A DNA stretch of 54,364 nucleotides from assembly GCA_018652595.1 (NCBI GenBank), contig JABIBU010000001.1, positions 1 through 54,364 of the forward strand. Direction: 5' to 3'. The DNA comes from Candidatus Magasanikiibacteriota bacterium. GTDB taxonomy: Bacteria > Patescibacteriota > Patescibacteriia > Magasanikbacterales > UBA922. Every line of letters starts with the position of its first letter. The first letter of the stretch is position 1. The notes beneath the pieces are model-generated. The model was given only the letters and a program-made list of their open reading frames with translations, was not told the DNA's origin and searched no databases. The translations under genes were made by a program, and so were the position numbers. Positions 1 through 9,264 of the stretch are shown here, one piece after another.

Positions 1-1023
1 GTTTTTATTTTTGGCATGATGATAAGCAGTAACTGCGATCATCGTTGCATTGTCCATGGAATAAGAAGGCTGAGGAACAAGGAAAGTATACCCACAGGGC
101 ATCCCTCTTCGGGGAGAAGTTGAAAATTGTTTCTTTATTGCTTCTTCCAATGTGTCGCGTAATTTTTTGTTTGCAGATACGCCACCACCGAGAATCACTG
201 TTTTTGGTTTATATTGCTTTACAGCTTTAATTGTTTTGTGTACAAGTAGGTCAACAATGGCTTGTTCAAAACTCGCGCAGAAATCTTTTAAGGTTTTAGG
301 TTTTAGGTTATAGGTATTAGCATCTTTATTTTTTTTGGCATTATCTTGTAGCCAATATAATGCCGAGGTTTTTAGACCAGAAAAACTAAAATCAAAATCT
401 TTTGAGTTAATCATAGGACGAGGGAATTCTATTGCCTCAGGATTTCCTTTTTCTGCGTACTTAGAAATTTTTGGTCCACCCGGATAATCAAAGCCTAGTA
501 ATTTTGCAACTTTGTCAAAACACTCTCCAGCGGCATCATCGCGTGTTCCGCCTACTCGTTCATACTTACTCTCTTCAGTACTTAAAATAAGTTCTGAGTG
601 ACCTCCAGACGCTACCAAAGATAAGATAGGGTATTCAGTTTTACCCACTTTTTCGTCTTTTTGTATTTTTACACTATAGATATGACCTTCAATATGATTT
701 ATACTCACAATAGGAACATTCCAGAGATGGGATAGTGTCTTAGCTGTCTCAACACCAACAAGTAGGCCGGTAATTAATCCCGGCCCTGAAGTTACAGCAA
801 TAATGTCAGGGTTGTCTTGATTTTTCATTACTTCTTCAATCACAGGCAATATTTTTTCGGCATGAAGTCGGCCGGCAATCTCTGGGACCACGCCACCATA
901 TTTTTTGTGTATTTCAATTTGGCTAGCAGTTTTTTCAGCTAGTATTTCAATCTTTTCTTCTGTTATATCTATCAAGGCGACAGAGGTGTCGTCACATGAG
1001 GATTCAATACCTAAAATAATCAT
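1..1023 (-). CDS. tsaD: tRNA N6-threonylcarbamoyladenosine transferase TsaD (3' end runs off window)
   Basis: Not in the ORF track. Manual translation from ATG at 1023 gives MIILGIESSCDDTSVA...HKKYGGVVPEIAGRLHAE...GPGL...NHIEGH...SGGH...TRDDAAGECFDKVAK...YPGGP...FSFSGLKT, the hallmark TsaD/Kae1 motifs. Confidence 0.96.
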   Translation of the reverse strand, partial: MIILGIESSCDDTSVALIDITEEKIEILAEKTASQIEIHKKYGGVVPEIAGRLHAEKILPVIEEVMKNQDNPDIIAVTSGPGLITGLLVGVETAKTLSHLWNVPIVSINHIEGHIYSVKIQKDEKVGKTEYPILSLVASGGHSELILSTEESKYERVGGTRDDAAGECFDKVAKLLGFDYPGGPKISKYAEKGNPEAIEFPRPMINSKDFDFSFSGLKTSALYWLQDNAKKNKDANTYNLKPKTLKDFCASFEQAIVDLLVHKTIKAVKQYKPKTVILGGGVSANKKLRDTLEEAIKKQFSTSPRRGMPCGYTFLVPQPSYSMDNATMIAVTAYHHAKNKN

Positions 1024-1086
1024 ATAGTTATATTCTAGCTCAATTTAGGTTAAAAATCAAGTATCAAAAAACAGCTGATTAGCTGT

Positions 1087-2589
1087 TTATTTTTTCTTGA
1101 TAAAATGGCATCCAATACTTTCTTTTCTGTCTAGTGCTGCTTGGGTAATGAGCATTGCATTTATACACAAGCTTTTTAATTCAATAATTTCCTTACCGAT
1201 ATCTTTTTTATATACCTCCTCTATCTGAGTATTATATTTGTTCAGATTGTCCAGAGTTTGTTTTAGGTTTTTTTGATTTCTGATGATACCTACGTTTTTC
1301 CACATTAATTTTTGTATTTGGTTTTTTATATTTAAAATTTGCCTTGTGTTTGGCGAGCACACCCCAGTATTTCGTGACTTTTCATTCTCAATAGGGGATT
1401 TCTTATTCTTCTTTACATACTCTTTTGCGGATTCAATAGCTTTGGAACTAAAAACCATACATTCTAGTAGGGAATTAGAAGCTAAACGATTGGCACCATG
1501 AACCCCAGTATGGGCTACTTCTCCAAAGGCAAAAAGTCCAGGAATATTTGTTTCACCTTTTAAATTGGTGTGTACACCTCCACAGACAAAGTGAGCGGCT
1601 GGGGAAATTGGAATTAGGTCGCGATCTATTTTTATACCATGCCACCATAGGTTTTCAAAAAGATATGGAAAACGTTTTTTTATAAAACTGCTACCTTTGT
1701 GTCTGATATCCAAAAATACTTTTCCATTTTTTAGTTCTTCAAAAATAGCTCGAGAAACAATATCACGAGGAGCCAAATCAGCAAGCTTGTGATATTTTGA
1801 CATGAATTTTTCTCCTTTATCATTTACCAAAAAACCACCCTCACCACGAACAGTTTCCGATATTAGTAAAGCCGGTTTATTTTTTTTATCCAATGCTGTC
1901 GGGTGAAATTGAATAAATTCCATACCTCTAATTTCTGCACCAGCCTCGTGTGCCATGGCGACCCCGTCTCCTGTGGCAATTTTTGGGTTTGAATTGCGCA
2001 AATATACCTGTCCTGCTCCACCAGTGGCTAAGATTGTGGCTTTTGCAGAAAAATTTAATATTTTATTTTGTTCAGTATCTAAAACTAGTGTTCCTATACA
2101 TTTTTCGTTCTTTATTAATAGCTTATAAGCCAAGTGTGATTCAAAAATATTTATATTTTTGTTGTGCCTTACTTGGTGGATCAGCGCTCGTTCTATTTCT
2201 TTTCCAGTAGTGTCGTGAGAGTGGGCGATTCTTTTTGCGCTATGGCCCCCTTCTTTGCTTAGGCAAAGCTTGTCTTGTTTTTTGCTAAAGCCAACACCTA
2301 GATCGATTAGGCGCTTTATCTCTTTTGGGGCTTGTTTTATCATTAGTTCCACTGCTTTTTTGTTATTCAAATTGCAACCTGCCTTTAGTGTGTCCTCAAT
2401 GTGTTTATCAAAGCTGTCATACTTATCAAGTACAGCTGCGATACCACCCTGGGCATAGTTGGAATTACTTTCCATTAATTCTTTTTTGGTGACAATAGCG
2501 ACGGTTCCATATTTACTAGCTTGCAAAGCAAAATTAAGCCCAGCGATACCGGAGCCTATTACGAGGAAGTCATAATTAAATTCGTTCAT
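1087..2589 (-). CDS. nadB: L-aspartate oxidase
   Basis: GSGIAGL FAD motif, SNYAQGGIAA, EGGHS, QFHPT, LAPRDIVSRAI, HGANRLASNSLLE; lies in a nad operon. Confidence 0.96.
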   Translation of the reverse strand: MNEFNYDFLVIGSGIAGLNFALQASKYGTVAIVTKKELMESNSNYAQGGIAAVLDKYDSFDKHIEDTLKAGCNLNNKKAVELMIKQAPKEIKRLIDLGVGFSKKQDKLCLSKEGGHSAKRIAHSHDTTGKEIERALIHQVRHNKNINIFESHLAYKLLIKNEKCIGTLVLDTEQNKILNFSAKATILATGGAGQVYLRNSNPKIATGDGVAMAHEAGAEIRGMEFIQFHPTALDKKNKPALLISETVRGEGGFLVNDKGEKFMSKYHKLADLAPRDIVSRAIFEELKNGKVFLDIRHKGSSFIKKRFPYLFENLWWHGIKIDRDLIPISPAAHFVCGGVHTNLKGETNIPGLFAFGEVAHTGVHGANRLASNSLLECMVFSSKAIESAKEYVKKNKKSPIENEKSRNTGVCSPNTRQILNIKNQIQKLMWKNVGIIRNQKNLKQTLDNLNKYNTQIEEVYKKDIGKEIIELKSLCINAMLITQAALDRKESIGCHFIKKK

Positions 2590-2680
2590 ATCCGTCTAAT
2601 CAGTTTGATTCGTGTATCTATTTGGTAGATTGTTTAATAGATACACGGATTCAACAGATATAACGGATTAGAACTAATTT
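2590..2680. repeat. Intergenic imperfect palindrome (ATCCGT...GTGTATCTA / TAGATACAC...ACGGAT), related to 53061-53172
   Basis: Inverted arms are visible, and the same blocks recur in rearranged order at about 53061-53172. Confidence 0.7.
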
Positions 2681-3544
2681 TTATAAAATATTTAAAGAAA
2701 TGTCCAAAGACTTAACTGAATGCGTCAAACTACCCAAAGAAATAATATCAACACCAGTCTTTTGGTATTCACGAATATTTTTTTCTGTTATTCCACCAGA
2801 TGCTTCTATAATGATGTCCGGATTTGTTTTTTTGATCTGCTTTATTATTTTTTTGATCTTTTCTGGTCTCATATTGTCTAGCATTATTGCACCAGGATTT
2901 AGTTTGGCGAATTCAAAAACCTGTTTTTCTGTCTTACACTCTATTTCGTAGAAAGAAGTTATGGGTTTTAGGTTATGGGTTTTAGTATTGGCGATGTGAT
3001 TGTCTTTTATCAAGATCCAGTCGTAGAGTCCTAGTCTGTGTGTTCCACCACCACCGAGTGCCACAGCTTTTTTGTCTAAGAGCCCCCATTGTGTTTTGCG
3101 AGTAGAGCAGAGGAGGGGGTTGTTTTTAGTTATGAGTTTATTAGTCTGTGTTGCAATTCCAGACATTCGTTGAAGAATATTTAAGATAGTTCGTTCTAGT
3201 TTTAATATGTCTTTGATTTTTCCTGATAGCTTAATTATTTTTTCATTCTTTTTAATTTTCTGCCCATCTTTTTTATAGGTTTTAGGTTTTAGGTTGTAGG
3301 TATTTAGGATGCTTTCAACTTCTTCTAATCCAGCCAAAATACAGTTTTCTTTGACGGTGATGATTGCTGTAACTTTTGGATTGGATTTTATAATGGTGTC
3401 TGTTGTGATATCACCCTTGGTATCTAAATCTTCTTGTAGCATAAAATCTACCAACCATTTTACTTGGGTGTTATATTTTTTATTTTTGAGAGACAATTTT
3501 TCTTTTTGATTGAAATATTTTTTTATGGTTTGATTTTTGGTCAT
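2681..3544 (-). CDS. nadC: Quinolinate phosphoribosyltransferase (carboxylating nicotinate-nucleotide diphosphorylase)
   Basis: EDL..GDITT, ERTILN.LQRMSGIAT, STRKT, HRLGLYD.ILIKDNH, IMLDN, EASGGIT, GSLTHS. Confidence 0.96.
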   Translation of the reverse strand: MTKNQTIKKYFNQKEKLSLKNKKYNTQVKWLVDFMLQEDLDTKGDITTDTIIKSNPKVTAIITVKENCILAGLEEVESILNTYNLKPKTYKKDGQKIKKNEKIIKLSGKIKDILKLERTILNILQRMSGIATQTNKLITKNNPLLCSTRKTQWGLLDKKAVALGGGGTHRLGLYDWILIKDNHIANTKTHNLKPITSFYEIECKTEKQVFEFAKLNPGAIMLDNMRPEKIKKIIKQIKKTNPDIIIEASGGITEKNIREYQKTGVDIISLGSLTHSVKSLDISLNIL

Positions 3545-3545
3545 A

Positions 3546-4826
3546 TTAGTTTTTTATCATTTTGTCTAGTGCTTTTTTTGCTTTTATTTTAATATCTTCG
3601 CCTACTTCAATAACATGCTTTTCTTGCTCTAGAGATTCTAATACATTTTCTAGTGTATTTTTTTTCATTTGTATGCAAACACTGCCGACTGAGTAGAATT
3701 TTTTATTCGGAACTTCGATTTGTAGTCTTTCTATCATTCCCATTTCCGTGGCAATAATAAATTCTTGGGCATCACTTTCTTTTGCATAGGTAATCATTCC
3801 AGATGTTGAGGTCACGTGGTCAGCTTGCTCAATTATTTCCATTGGACACTCTGGGTGAACTACTACTTTTGCATCTGGGTGAAGTTCTTTTCCTTTTTTT
3901 AATTTTTCAATTAAAATTTTTGAGTGAACATAACAAAATCCATCCCAAGGAATTATTTGTTTTTCAGGTAATTTTGATTGGACATAGTTTGCTAGATTTT
4001 TATCAGGAAGAAAAATTATTTGTTTTGCATCTAGATTTTTTACTATTTCCACAGCATTGGCAGAAGTGCAACAGACATCACAGTGAGCTTTTGTTTCGGC
4101 TGTAGTATTTACATAGCAAACAGTTTTTGCTTCTGGATATTTGGCCTGCATCTGTTTCAGTTCTTCTGTATCAACCATACCTGCCATTGGGCACCTAGCT
4201 TCGTAAGTTGGGAGCAAGACTGTTTTGTCTGGGTTTAGTATTTTTGCAGTTTCTGCCATAAAGTCGACCCCACAAAATAGGATGATTTTTGCATCTGTTT
4301 CTACAGCACGCTTTGCTAGTTCTAGTGAATCACCAATAAAGTCAGCAATTTGATAAATTTCTGGGCGTTGGTAGTTGTGTACCAAAATAACAGCCTGCTT
4401 TTCTTTTTTTAAATTATTAATTTTATCTACTAGTTTTTTCATATTTCTTATTTTGGTGCCAGAAATGTTGATATTGATTTTTAATTTTTTTACTTGTATA
4501 TTTTTTTCTTCAAATAATTCTTCGACCCAATCATTGCCAGTGTAGACTACATCGAAATTGCCGGCTATGTTTTTTACATGATCTATCCAGTTGTTTTCAT
4601 CATGAATATCTGGAATTGCAATTATTTTGTAATTTGTGTTTGAGTTTTGTAGAGACTTTTCAATCATACTTTTTCTCTCTTTAAAACTATGTGGATTTTC
4701 ACTAGTATCACTATATTGAGAGCTTCCAATGCCAATAATAATCTCGTCTTCAGAGATTTGTTTTATTGCGTCTAAATGTCCCTCGTGAAAGGGTTGGAAT
4801 CTTCCTATAAATAATGCTGTTTTCAT
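3546..4826 (-). CDS. nadA: Fusion of NadM-type NMN/NaMN adenylyltransferase (aa 1-128) and quinolinate synthase NadA (aa 129-426)
   Basis: N-terminal GRFQPFHEGH (HxGH), GSSQ, ENP and SGTKIR motifs, then in frame LVHNYQ, GDSLEL, FCGVDFMAE, CPMA, YVNT, CTSANA, FLPDKNL, CYVH, HPEC and CIQMK (three Fe-S cysteines). Confidence 0.93.
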   Translation of the reverse strand: MKTALFIGRFQPFHEGHLDAIKQISEDEIIIGIGSSQYSDTSENPHSFKERKSMIEKSLQNSNTNYKIIAIPDIHDENNWIDHVKNIAGNFDVVYTGNDWVEELFEEKNIQVKKLKININISGTKIRNMKKLVDKINNLKKEKQAVILVHNYQRPEIYQIADFIGDSLELAKRAVETDAKIILFCGVDFMAETAKILNPDKTVLLPTYEARCPMAGMVDTEELKQMQAKYPEAKTVCYVNTTAETKAHCDVCCTSANAVEIVKNLDAKQIIFLPDKNLANYVQSKLPEKQIIPWDGFCYVHSKILIEKLKKGKELHPDAKVVVHPECPMEIIEQADHVTSTSGMITYAKESDAQEFIIATEMGMIERLQIEVPNKKFYSVGSVCIQMKKNTLENVLESLEQEKHVIEVGEDIKIKAKKALDKMIKN

Positions 4827-4845
4827 AACACTGATTACGTTGATT

Positions 4846-5610
4846 TTATTGGATTACACAGATTGGTAAAGGTTTTCTTTTGTGTTCTGAATTTTTTATT
4901 AAATTTTGCACTAGTTTCACATCGGTATCAACAAAATTATTTAAACTTTCATTATTTTCTCCACCCGAGGCGGATCTGTCTTGGTCGGAAATTGCCATCA
5001 AGATTTTATCTAATTTATCATAAGTTATTCCCAATTCATCTTCATCAGTCTGTCCTTCCCAAAGCCCAGCAGTTGGCGGGCGATCAATAATTTCTTGTGG
5101 AATACCAATATATTTTGCTAGTTCGCGTTCTTCTGTTTTGTATAGATCTCCAATTGGCAAAAGATCTGCTCCACCATCACCGTGTTTGGTAAAGTAGCCT
5201 GTCATTATTTCAGTTTTGTTTCCAGTGCCGAGTACTAGTCCATTTATTTCATTTGCCTTTGAATACAGCAGTGTCATTCGAATTCTGGTCTTGAGGTTGC
5301 CAAGGGTTTGTCTACCGAGTTCGAAATCTAGTGTTTCAGTGTAGCTTTTTAAAATAGGATCAAGCTGTAAGTTGTAAGTTGTAAGTCGTAAGTTTTTTGC
5401 TACCAATATTGCTAAGTCGAGATCTTCTGTGGTGTTGGTGGAGGAGGGGAGGATAAAGGTATGCACTTTGTCGGCCCCAAGGGCTTCTACGGCCAAATAT
5501 GCGACTACAGAGGAGTCTAGACCACCACTAAGACCCAAAACAACCGGTTTGTCGCCAGCCTGGATTTTGATAAAATTTATGAGTTTTTGCTTAATTTGCT
5601 CTAATTTCAT
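4846..5610 (-). CDS. nadE: NH3-dependent NAD+ synthetase
   Basis: GLSGGLDS, GNLKTRIRM, GTGNKTE, GYFTKHGDG, PIGDLYKT, PPTAGLWEGQTDEDELG, SEHKR. Confidence 0.96.
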   Translation of the reverse strand: MKLEQIKQKLINFIKIQAGDKPVVLGLSGGLDSSVVAYLAVEALGADKVHTFILPSSTNTTEDLDLAILVAKNLRLTTYNLQLDPILKSYTETLDFELGRQTLGNLKTRIRMTLLYSKANEINGLVLGTGNKTEIMTGYFTKHGDGGADLLPIGDLYKTEERELAKYIGIPQEIIDRPPTAGLWEGQTDEDELGITYDKLDKILMAISDQDRSASGGENNESLNNFVDTDVKLVQNLIKNSEHKRKPLPICVIQ

Positions 5611-5733
5611 ATATAAGTCTTATTCTAACAAAAAAATGGCTTTTTGACCATTTTTTGAAGATTACTTTTATTAGTCAAAATGATCCATTATCTAGATAAT
5701 GGTACTATATAATGTTACAGAAGTCAAAAAGTA

Positions 5734-5765
5734 AAACAACCTGCAAAATTGGCAGGTTGTTTTTT
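5734..5765. terminator. Rho-independent terminator
   Basis: aaaacaacctgc-aaaattg-gcaggttgtttttt hairpin with A/T tails, downstream of the minus-strand gene 5794-6798. Confidence 0.8.
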
Positions 5766-5793
5766 AATAAATATTTTTTTAGTCTACTTCTAA

Positions 5794-6798
5794 TTAGTTA
5801 CATCCAGTTATTATTCCATTGACAACTACTGTGGTAGAAGCTGCTCCACAAGTACCAGTCCAACCAGCGTTTGCACCAACAAAAATACCACTATCAAATC
5901 TTACTACGCCATCAACCTCTAGCTGGTCTACAATATATAAACTGGAACTAGTTAAACTTAGCCCAGGAACAGCAAGTTCAGATGCCCCTATCTGCACACG
6001 ACCATCGCGAACTCCATTATTGTTAACACCAGCGTAAAGTTTTAAATCTGGTCCAGACCCATCTTCATCTGTATCTTTTAGTGCATAAATAGAAGCTGTA
6101 TAATCTTCGAATACAATATCTCCTCCTTCAGTAGATAGTGCCTTTCCAAAACCAGATGCCATCACTATTCCATTTGCAAGAGCAGATCCTCCCGGAGTGT
6201 TATAAACCAATTGGAGAGCTCTATATTCATGTGTCTGAGTATCATTATCATCTCCAGTAAAACTAATTGACAGGCCTCTGGTAGTATTCTCTTGGGTGTG
6301 ACCAGCAGTGGCACCTGTCATGTTAATTCTCATACCTGTGGTGTCTTGATCATCTGTTGCACTCTTTACCTCTAAGTGCACTATTTCTGAAGCGGAAGAA
6401 TTATTCGTTGTGGATGCATCAATATATACATAGTCAGTAGCTCCTAGAGTAGTTGTTACTTGGCCATTTGAAATAATTGTTCCCAAATAAGCTGTACCAG
6501 AAGCAAATACATTCCCCCAGGCAGATCCCGAAGCACCTAAATCGTAGGTATTATTGGCACTAGGTAAGATATTACTAGCTACATCAGCTGTGACAACCAT
6601 TTTATCAGTAGCTGCATTTCCAATGGTGGTGGTAGTACCATTGACTGTGAGATTGCCTGTTAAGGTGGAGTTTCCTGTGACTCCCAATGTTCCGCCAACA
6701 GATACATTGTTTGCTATTGTAGTAGCTGCAAAAACAACTACAGGGGCCATCAATAGGCCAATAGCGAGGGAAAGAAAAAACAGTGTTCTTTTTTTCAT
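5794..6798 (-). CDS. Secreted Thr/Gly/Asn-rich beta-strand protein (surface or fibre-like), function unknown
   Basis: Signal peptide ending VFA-A; TTIANNVSVGGTLGV repeats; ILPSANNTYDLGASGSAW and C-terminal VVNGIITGC resemble fibre/adhesin segments. Confidence 0.6.
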   Translation of the reverse strand: MKKRTLFFLSLAIGLLMAPVVVFAATTIANNVSVGGTLGVTGNSTLTGNLTVNGTTTTIGNAATDKMVVTADVASNILPSANNTYDLGASGSAWGNVFASGTAYLGTIISNGQVTTTLGATDYVYIDASTTNNSSASEIVHLEVKSATDDQDTTGMRINMTGATAGHTQENTTRGLSISFTGDDNDTQTHEYRALQLVYNTPGGSALANGIVMASGFGKALSTEGGDIVFEDYTASIYALKDTDEDGSGPDLKLYAGVNNNGVRDGRVQIGASELAVPGLSLTSSSLYIVDQLEVDGVVRFDSGIFVGANAGWTGTCGAASTTVVVNGIITGCN

Positions 6799-6865
6799 AT
6801 GAGTTAGATTAGATTAATTTATTATATAAAATTATTTAATTAAGACTACTTTTGATTATTTATTA

Positions 6866-8164
6866 TTAATCCAACACTGTGCCATCGGGATATATTTCTG
6901 CTTCATCTATTGTGACAATTCTATCCCATCTAAAATTAAGACTCTCAAAAGCTGTTTCGTCTTTGACATGTCTCTTTTTGCCATCTTCTAGCCTGTATAC
7001 TTTGGGGTCATTTTCATATTTAATTATAGTGTAGTTGGGATGGCGGTCTGTATAGTCAATTTCAGAGCCAACGCTATATTTATCAAGTAAAGCCTCATCA
7101 ATATCTTCTATCCAGTCCCATGAATAGTTGAGAGAGTTAAATATACTTTCGGCAGTGATCCAATACTTTTCTGTACCCAAGAGTAGATAAACTTTTGGAT
7201 CGGTCACTGTCTTTACTAATGCACCATATTTTGGGTCGTACTTTGGGCCCCATGGCATGAAACCAAGGGCGTCATCTTTTGTGGAGTCTAGCTGGGTCTC
7301 ACTTACCAATACGACATCTGACCATGAATCAAAGTAGGTAAAAAAGACATCAGAGCGCTTGAATGCGCGTTTGGCACAATCTTTTGTTACATAGTATACC
7401 GCACTGTCATTTTCATTTTTGTAGGCTTGTCCCGTCTCTAGATTGCAGTCTGTTGTATCGTTGCCATAGTATGCACTATCATGTTCTTGGTCAGTTAGCT
7501 CAATGCTATCTGATACAATGATAGAGCCTCCTGATTCACCCATGATTTTGGTGTAGACTTGTTTAATACCATTGCCCAATTCTAATTTCCACTCCTTTCC
7601 ACTTGCGTAATCTTCGAAACTAACACCTTCAAATGAATTGGAATTGGAAATTGCAATTTTATCAGCATCTTTGTAGTTAAAATTGAGAGTAACTGAAGTT
7701 GTATCAGTCTTTTGGGCACCAGCGTCAATAGCAAAACCATCAATTCCTTCTTTGTCTATGCTTGGGAGCAAAATGATCGAATAGCCACTTATACTAGAAC
7801 ATGTACCGCTTGGAGTTAGCGTGATTGTGTGTTGAGATACATCACCACTACAAGTTAGTGTTATAGATGAGGCAGAATTAGTACAAGTAGATGCTGTTGA
7901 ACATCTATTGTTGCTGGTTACAGCGAAACCACTACGATTGGAAGAAGTGAGGGATACAACCGAATTAGCTTCTACGATAAATTGTACATTATTAGTATCT
8001 ACTGTAAAGGATTGAACTGAGGTATTTGTGCCTAGAGTAAAATTATTACCACCTATAGTAAGGATAGCACCCGACCCAGCACCAACGTCGTTTGCAGCAA
8101 GTGTATATAGTGGAGTCAGTATTGTGATACACAAAAACAACAAACTAAATTTTATTTTATTCAT
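6866..8164 (-). CDS. Secreted surface protein with C-terminal CPR-type repeats
   Basis: Signal peptide, Ser/Thr-rich Ig-like region, and three repeats of the form (SAVYY/PKVYL/PKVYR)..G.KR.....F..L...W..I. Confidence 0.65.
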   Translation of the reverse strand: MNKIKFSLLFLCITILTPLYTLAANDVGAGSGAILTIGGNNFTLGTNTSVQSFTVDTNNVQFIVEANSVVSLTSSNRSGFAVTSNNRCSTASTCTNSASSITLTCSGDVSQHTITLTPSGTCSSISGYSIILLPSIDKEGIDGFAIDAGAQKTDTTSVTLNFNYKDADKIAISNSNSFEGVSFEDYASGKEWKLELGNGIKQVYTKIMGESGGSIIVSDSIELTDQEHDSAYYGNDTTDCNLETGQAYKNENDSAVYYVTKDCAKRAFKRSDVFFTYFDSWSDVVLVSETQLDSTKDDALGFMPWGPKYDPKYGALVKTVTDPKVYLLLGTEKYWITAESIFNSLNYSWDWIEDIDEALLDKYSVGSEIDYTDRHPNYTIIKYENDPKVYRLEDGKKRHVKDETAFESLNFRWDRIVTIDEAEIYPDGTVLD

Positions 8165-8281
8165 ACAAAATTATCTACTAATATTTATTGATATATTATA
8201 CTCCTTTTTTGTGTGTTAATCAAAAAAAAATAGGAAATTGTGGATAAGTGGACCAACTTAATTTTGAGGATAAATTAACTC

Positions 8282-8310
8282 TTGACTTATCTTTCAAAAT
8301 ATAGTATAAT
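8282..8310 (+). promoter_or_regulatory. Sigma70 promoter for tRNA-Glu
   Basis: TTGACT-N17-TATAAT ending 15 nt before the tRNA. Confidence 0.85.
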
Positions 8311-8325
8311 ATTCCCGTCATTTAT

Positions 8326-8397
8326 GGCCCGTTCGTCTAGTGGTTAGGATTCCAGGTTTTCATCCTGGCGACAGGGGTTCGATTCCCCTACGGGCTA
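8326..8397 (+). tRNA. tRNA-Glu (TTC)
   Basis: GGCCCGT/ACGGGCT acceptor stem, anticodon arm ccagg-ttTTCat-cctgg, GGTTCGATTCC T-loop. Confidence 0.96.
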
Positions 8398-8430
8398 CAA
8401 AGCAGAATTTGGAGATTCTGTTTTTTGTTT

Positions 8431-8457
8431 ACAGGGCGTAGCTTAGCGAAGCCCTGT
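8431..8457. repeat. REP-like palindrome (GCTTCGCT-AAGCTACG family)
   Basis: acagggc-gtagcttagcgaa-gccctgt; its reverse complement resembles 42441-42460 and 26183-26212. Confidence 0.65.
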
Positions 8458-8473
8458 TTTCCACACCCGTGTA

Positions 8474-8502
8474 TTGACAGTTTTTTCAGTCTATGATATT
8501 AT
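8474..8502 (+). promoter_or_regulatory. Sigma70 promoter of rplJ-rplL
   Basis: TTGACA-N17-TATTAT with a TG extended -10. Confidence 0.8.
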
Positions 8503-8508
8503 ATGTGC

Positions 8509-8616
8509 ATCCACAGACAGTAGCTCCTAGTCATTCGACCGGGTTAAATATGCTACCGAGGAATCTAATTTCAGCTATATGCTGGAGAAGGTCGAAGATT
8601 CTCTTGAGATTGTGGT
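8509..8616 (+). ncRNA. Ribosomal protein L10 leader (autoregulatory RNA)
   Basis: AGACAGTAG...TTAA...CTACCGAGG core closed by a ccaca/tgtgg stem, directly upstream of rplJ. Confidence 0.8.
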
Positions 8617-8690
8617 GAAAACCACATTTTTTGTTTGATAAATTAACCTAGGTAATACAAGTTAATTAATCAACATAGTTATTTAGAATT

Positions 8691-9212
8691 ATGCCTAAAA
8701 CAAAACAACAAAAAGAAGAAGCGATCAAGGTGTTGACTGATAATATCAAAAATGCCAAGTCAGTTATCTTTGCTAATTTTCAGGGTTTGAAGGTATCAGA
8801 GTCTGAAGAATTACGCCAGAAATGTCGTGAGCAAAATATTGGTATTGTTGCCAGCAAAAAGACCTTGGTAAAGAAGGCCTTAGCTGACGCTGGTTTTGAT
8901 GTTGATACAAAATCTTTTGAAGGTGGTGTATCAGCCTTGTTTGGTCTAGAAGATGAAGTTGCTCCTGCCCAGGTATTGAGTAATTTTGCCAAAGATCATG
9001 ATGTAGTCAGTTTCTTTGGTGGAGTACTCGAAGGAAACTTCATTGATGCTGCCAAAGTTACAGAATTATCAAAACTACCAAGCAAACAAGAACTTTATGC
9101 CAAATTGGTTGGCTCTATCAACGCTCCAGTTTCTGGCTTTGTAAATGTACTAGCTGGTAACTTGCGCGGATTGGTAAATGTCCTAAATGCAGTAAAAGAT
9201 GCTAAAGCGTAG
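8691..9212 (+). CDS. rplJ: 50S ribosomal protein L10
   Basis: KKTL, EVAPAQ, LSKLPSKQELYAKLVGSINAP; upstream of rplL. Confidence 0.97.
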   Translation: MPKTKQQKEEAIKVLTDNIKNAKSVIFANFQGLKVSESEELRQKCREQNIGIVASKKTLVKKALADAGFDVDTKSFEGGVSALFGLEDEVAPAQVLSNFAKDHDVVSFFGGVLEGNFIDAAKVTELSKLPSKQELYAKLVGSINAPVSGFVNVLAGNLRGLVNVLNAVKDAKA

Positions 9213-9264
9213 ATTGCGGATTTAGCACGAATTAAAAAATTAATCACGAATAATAATAAATATT

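Noticed and set aside
5794-6798. Prophage tail fibre
   Set aside because: It has a Sec signal peptide and no phage genes nearby, so a cellular surface protein is more likely.
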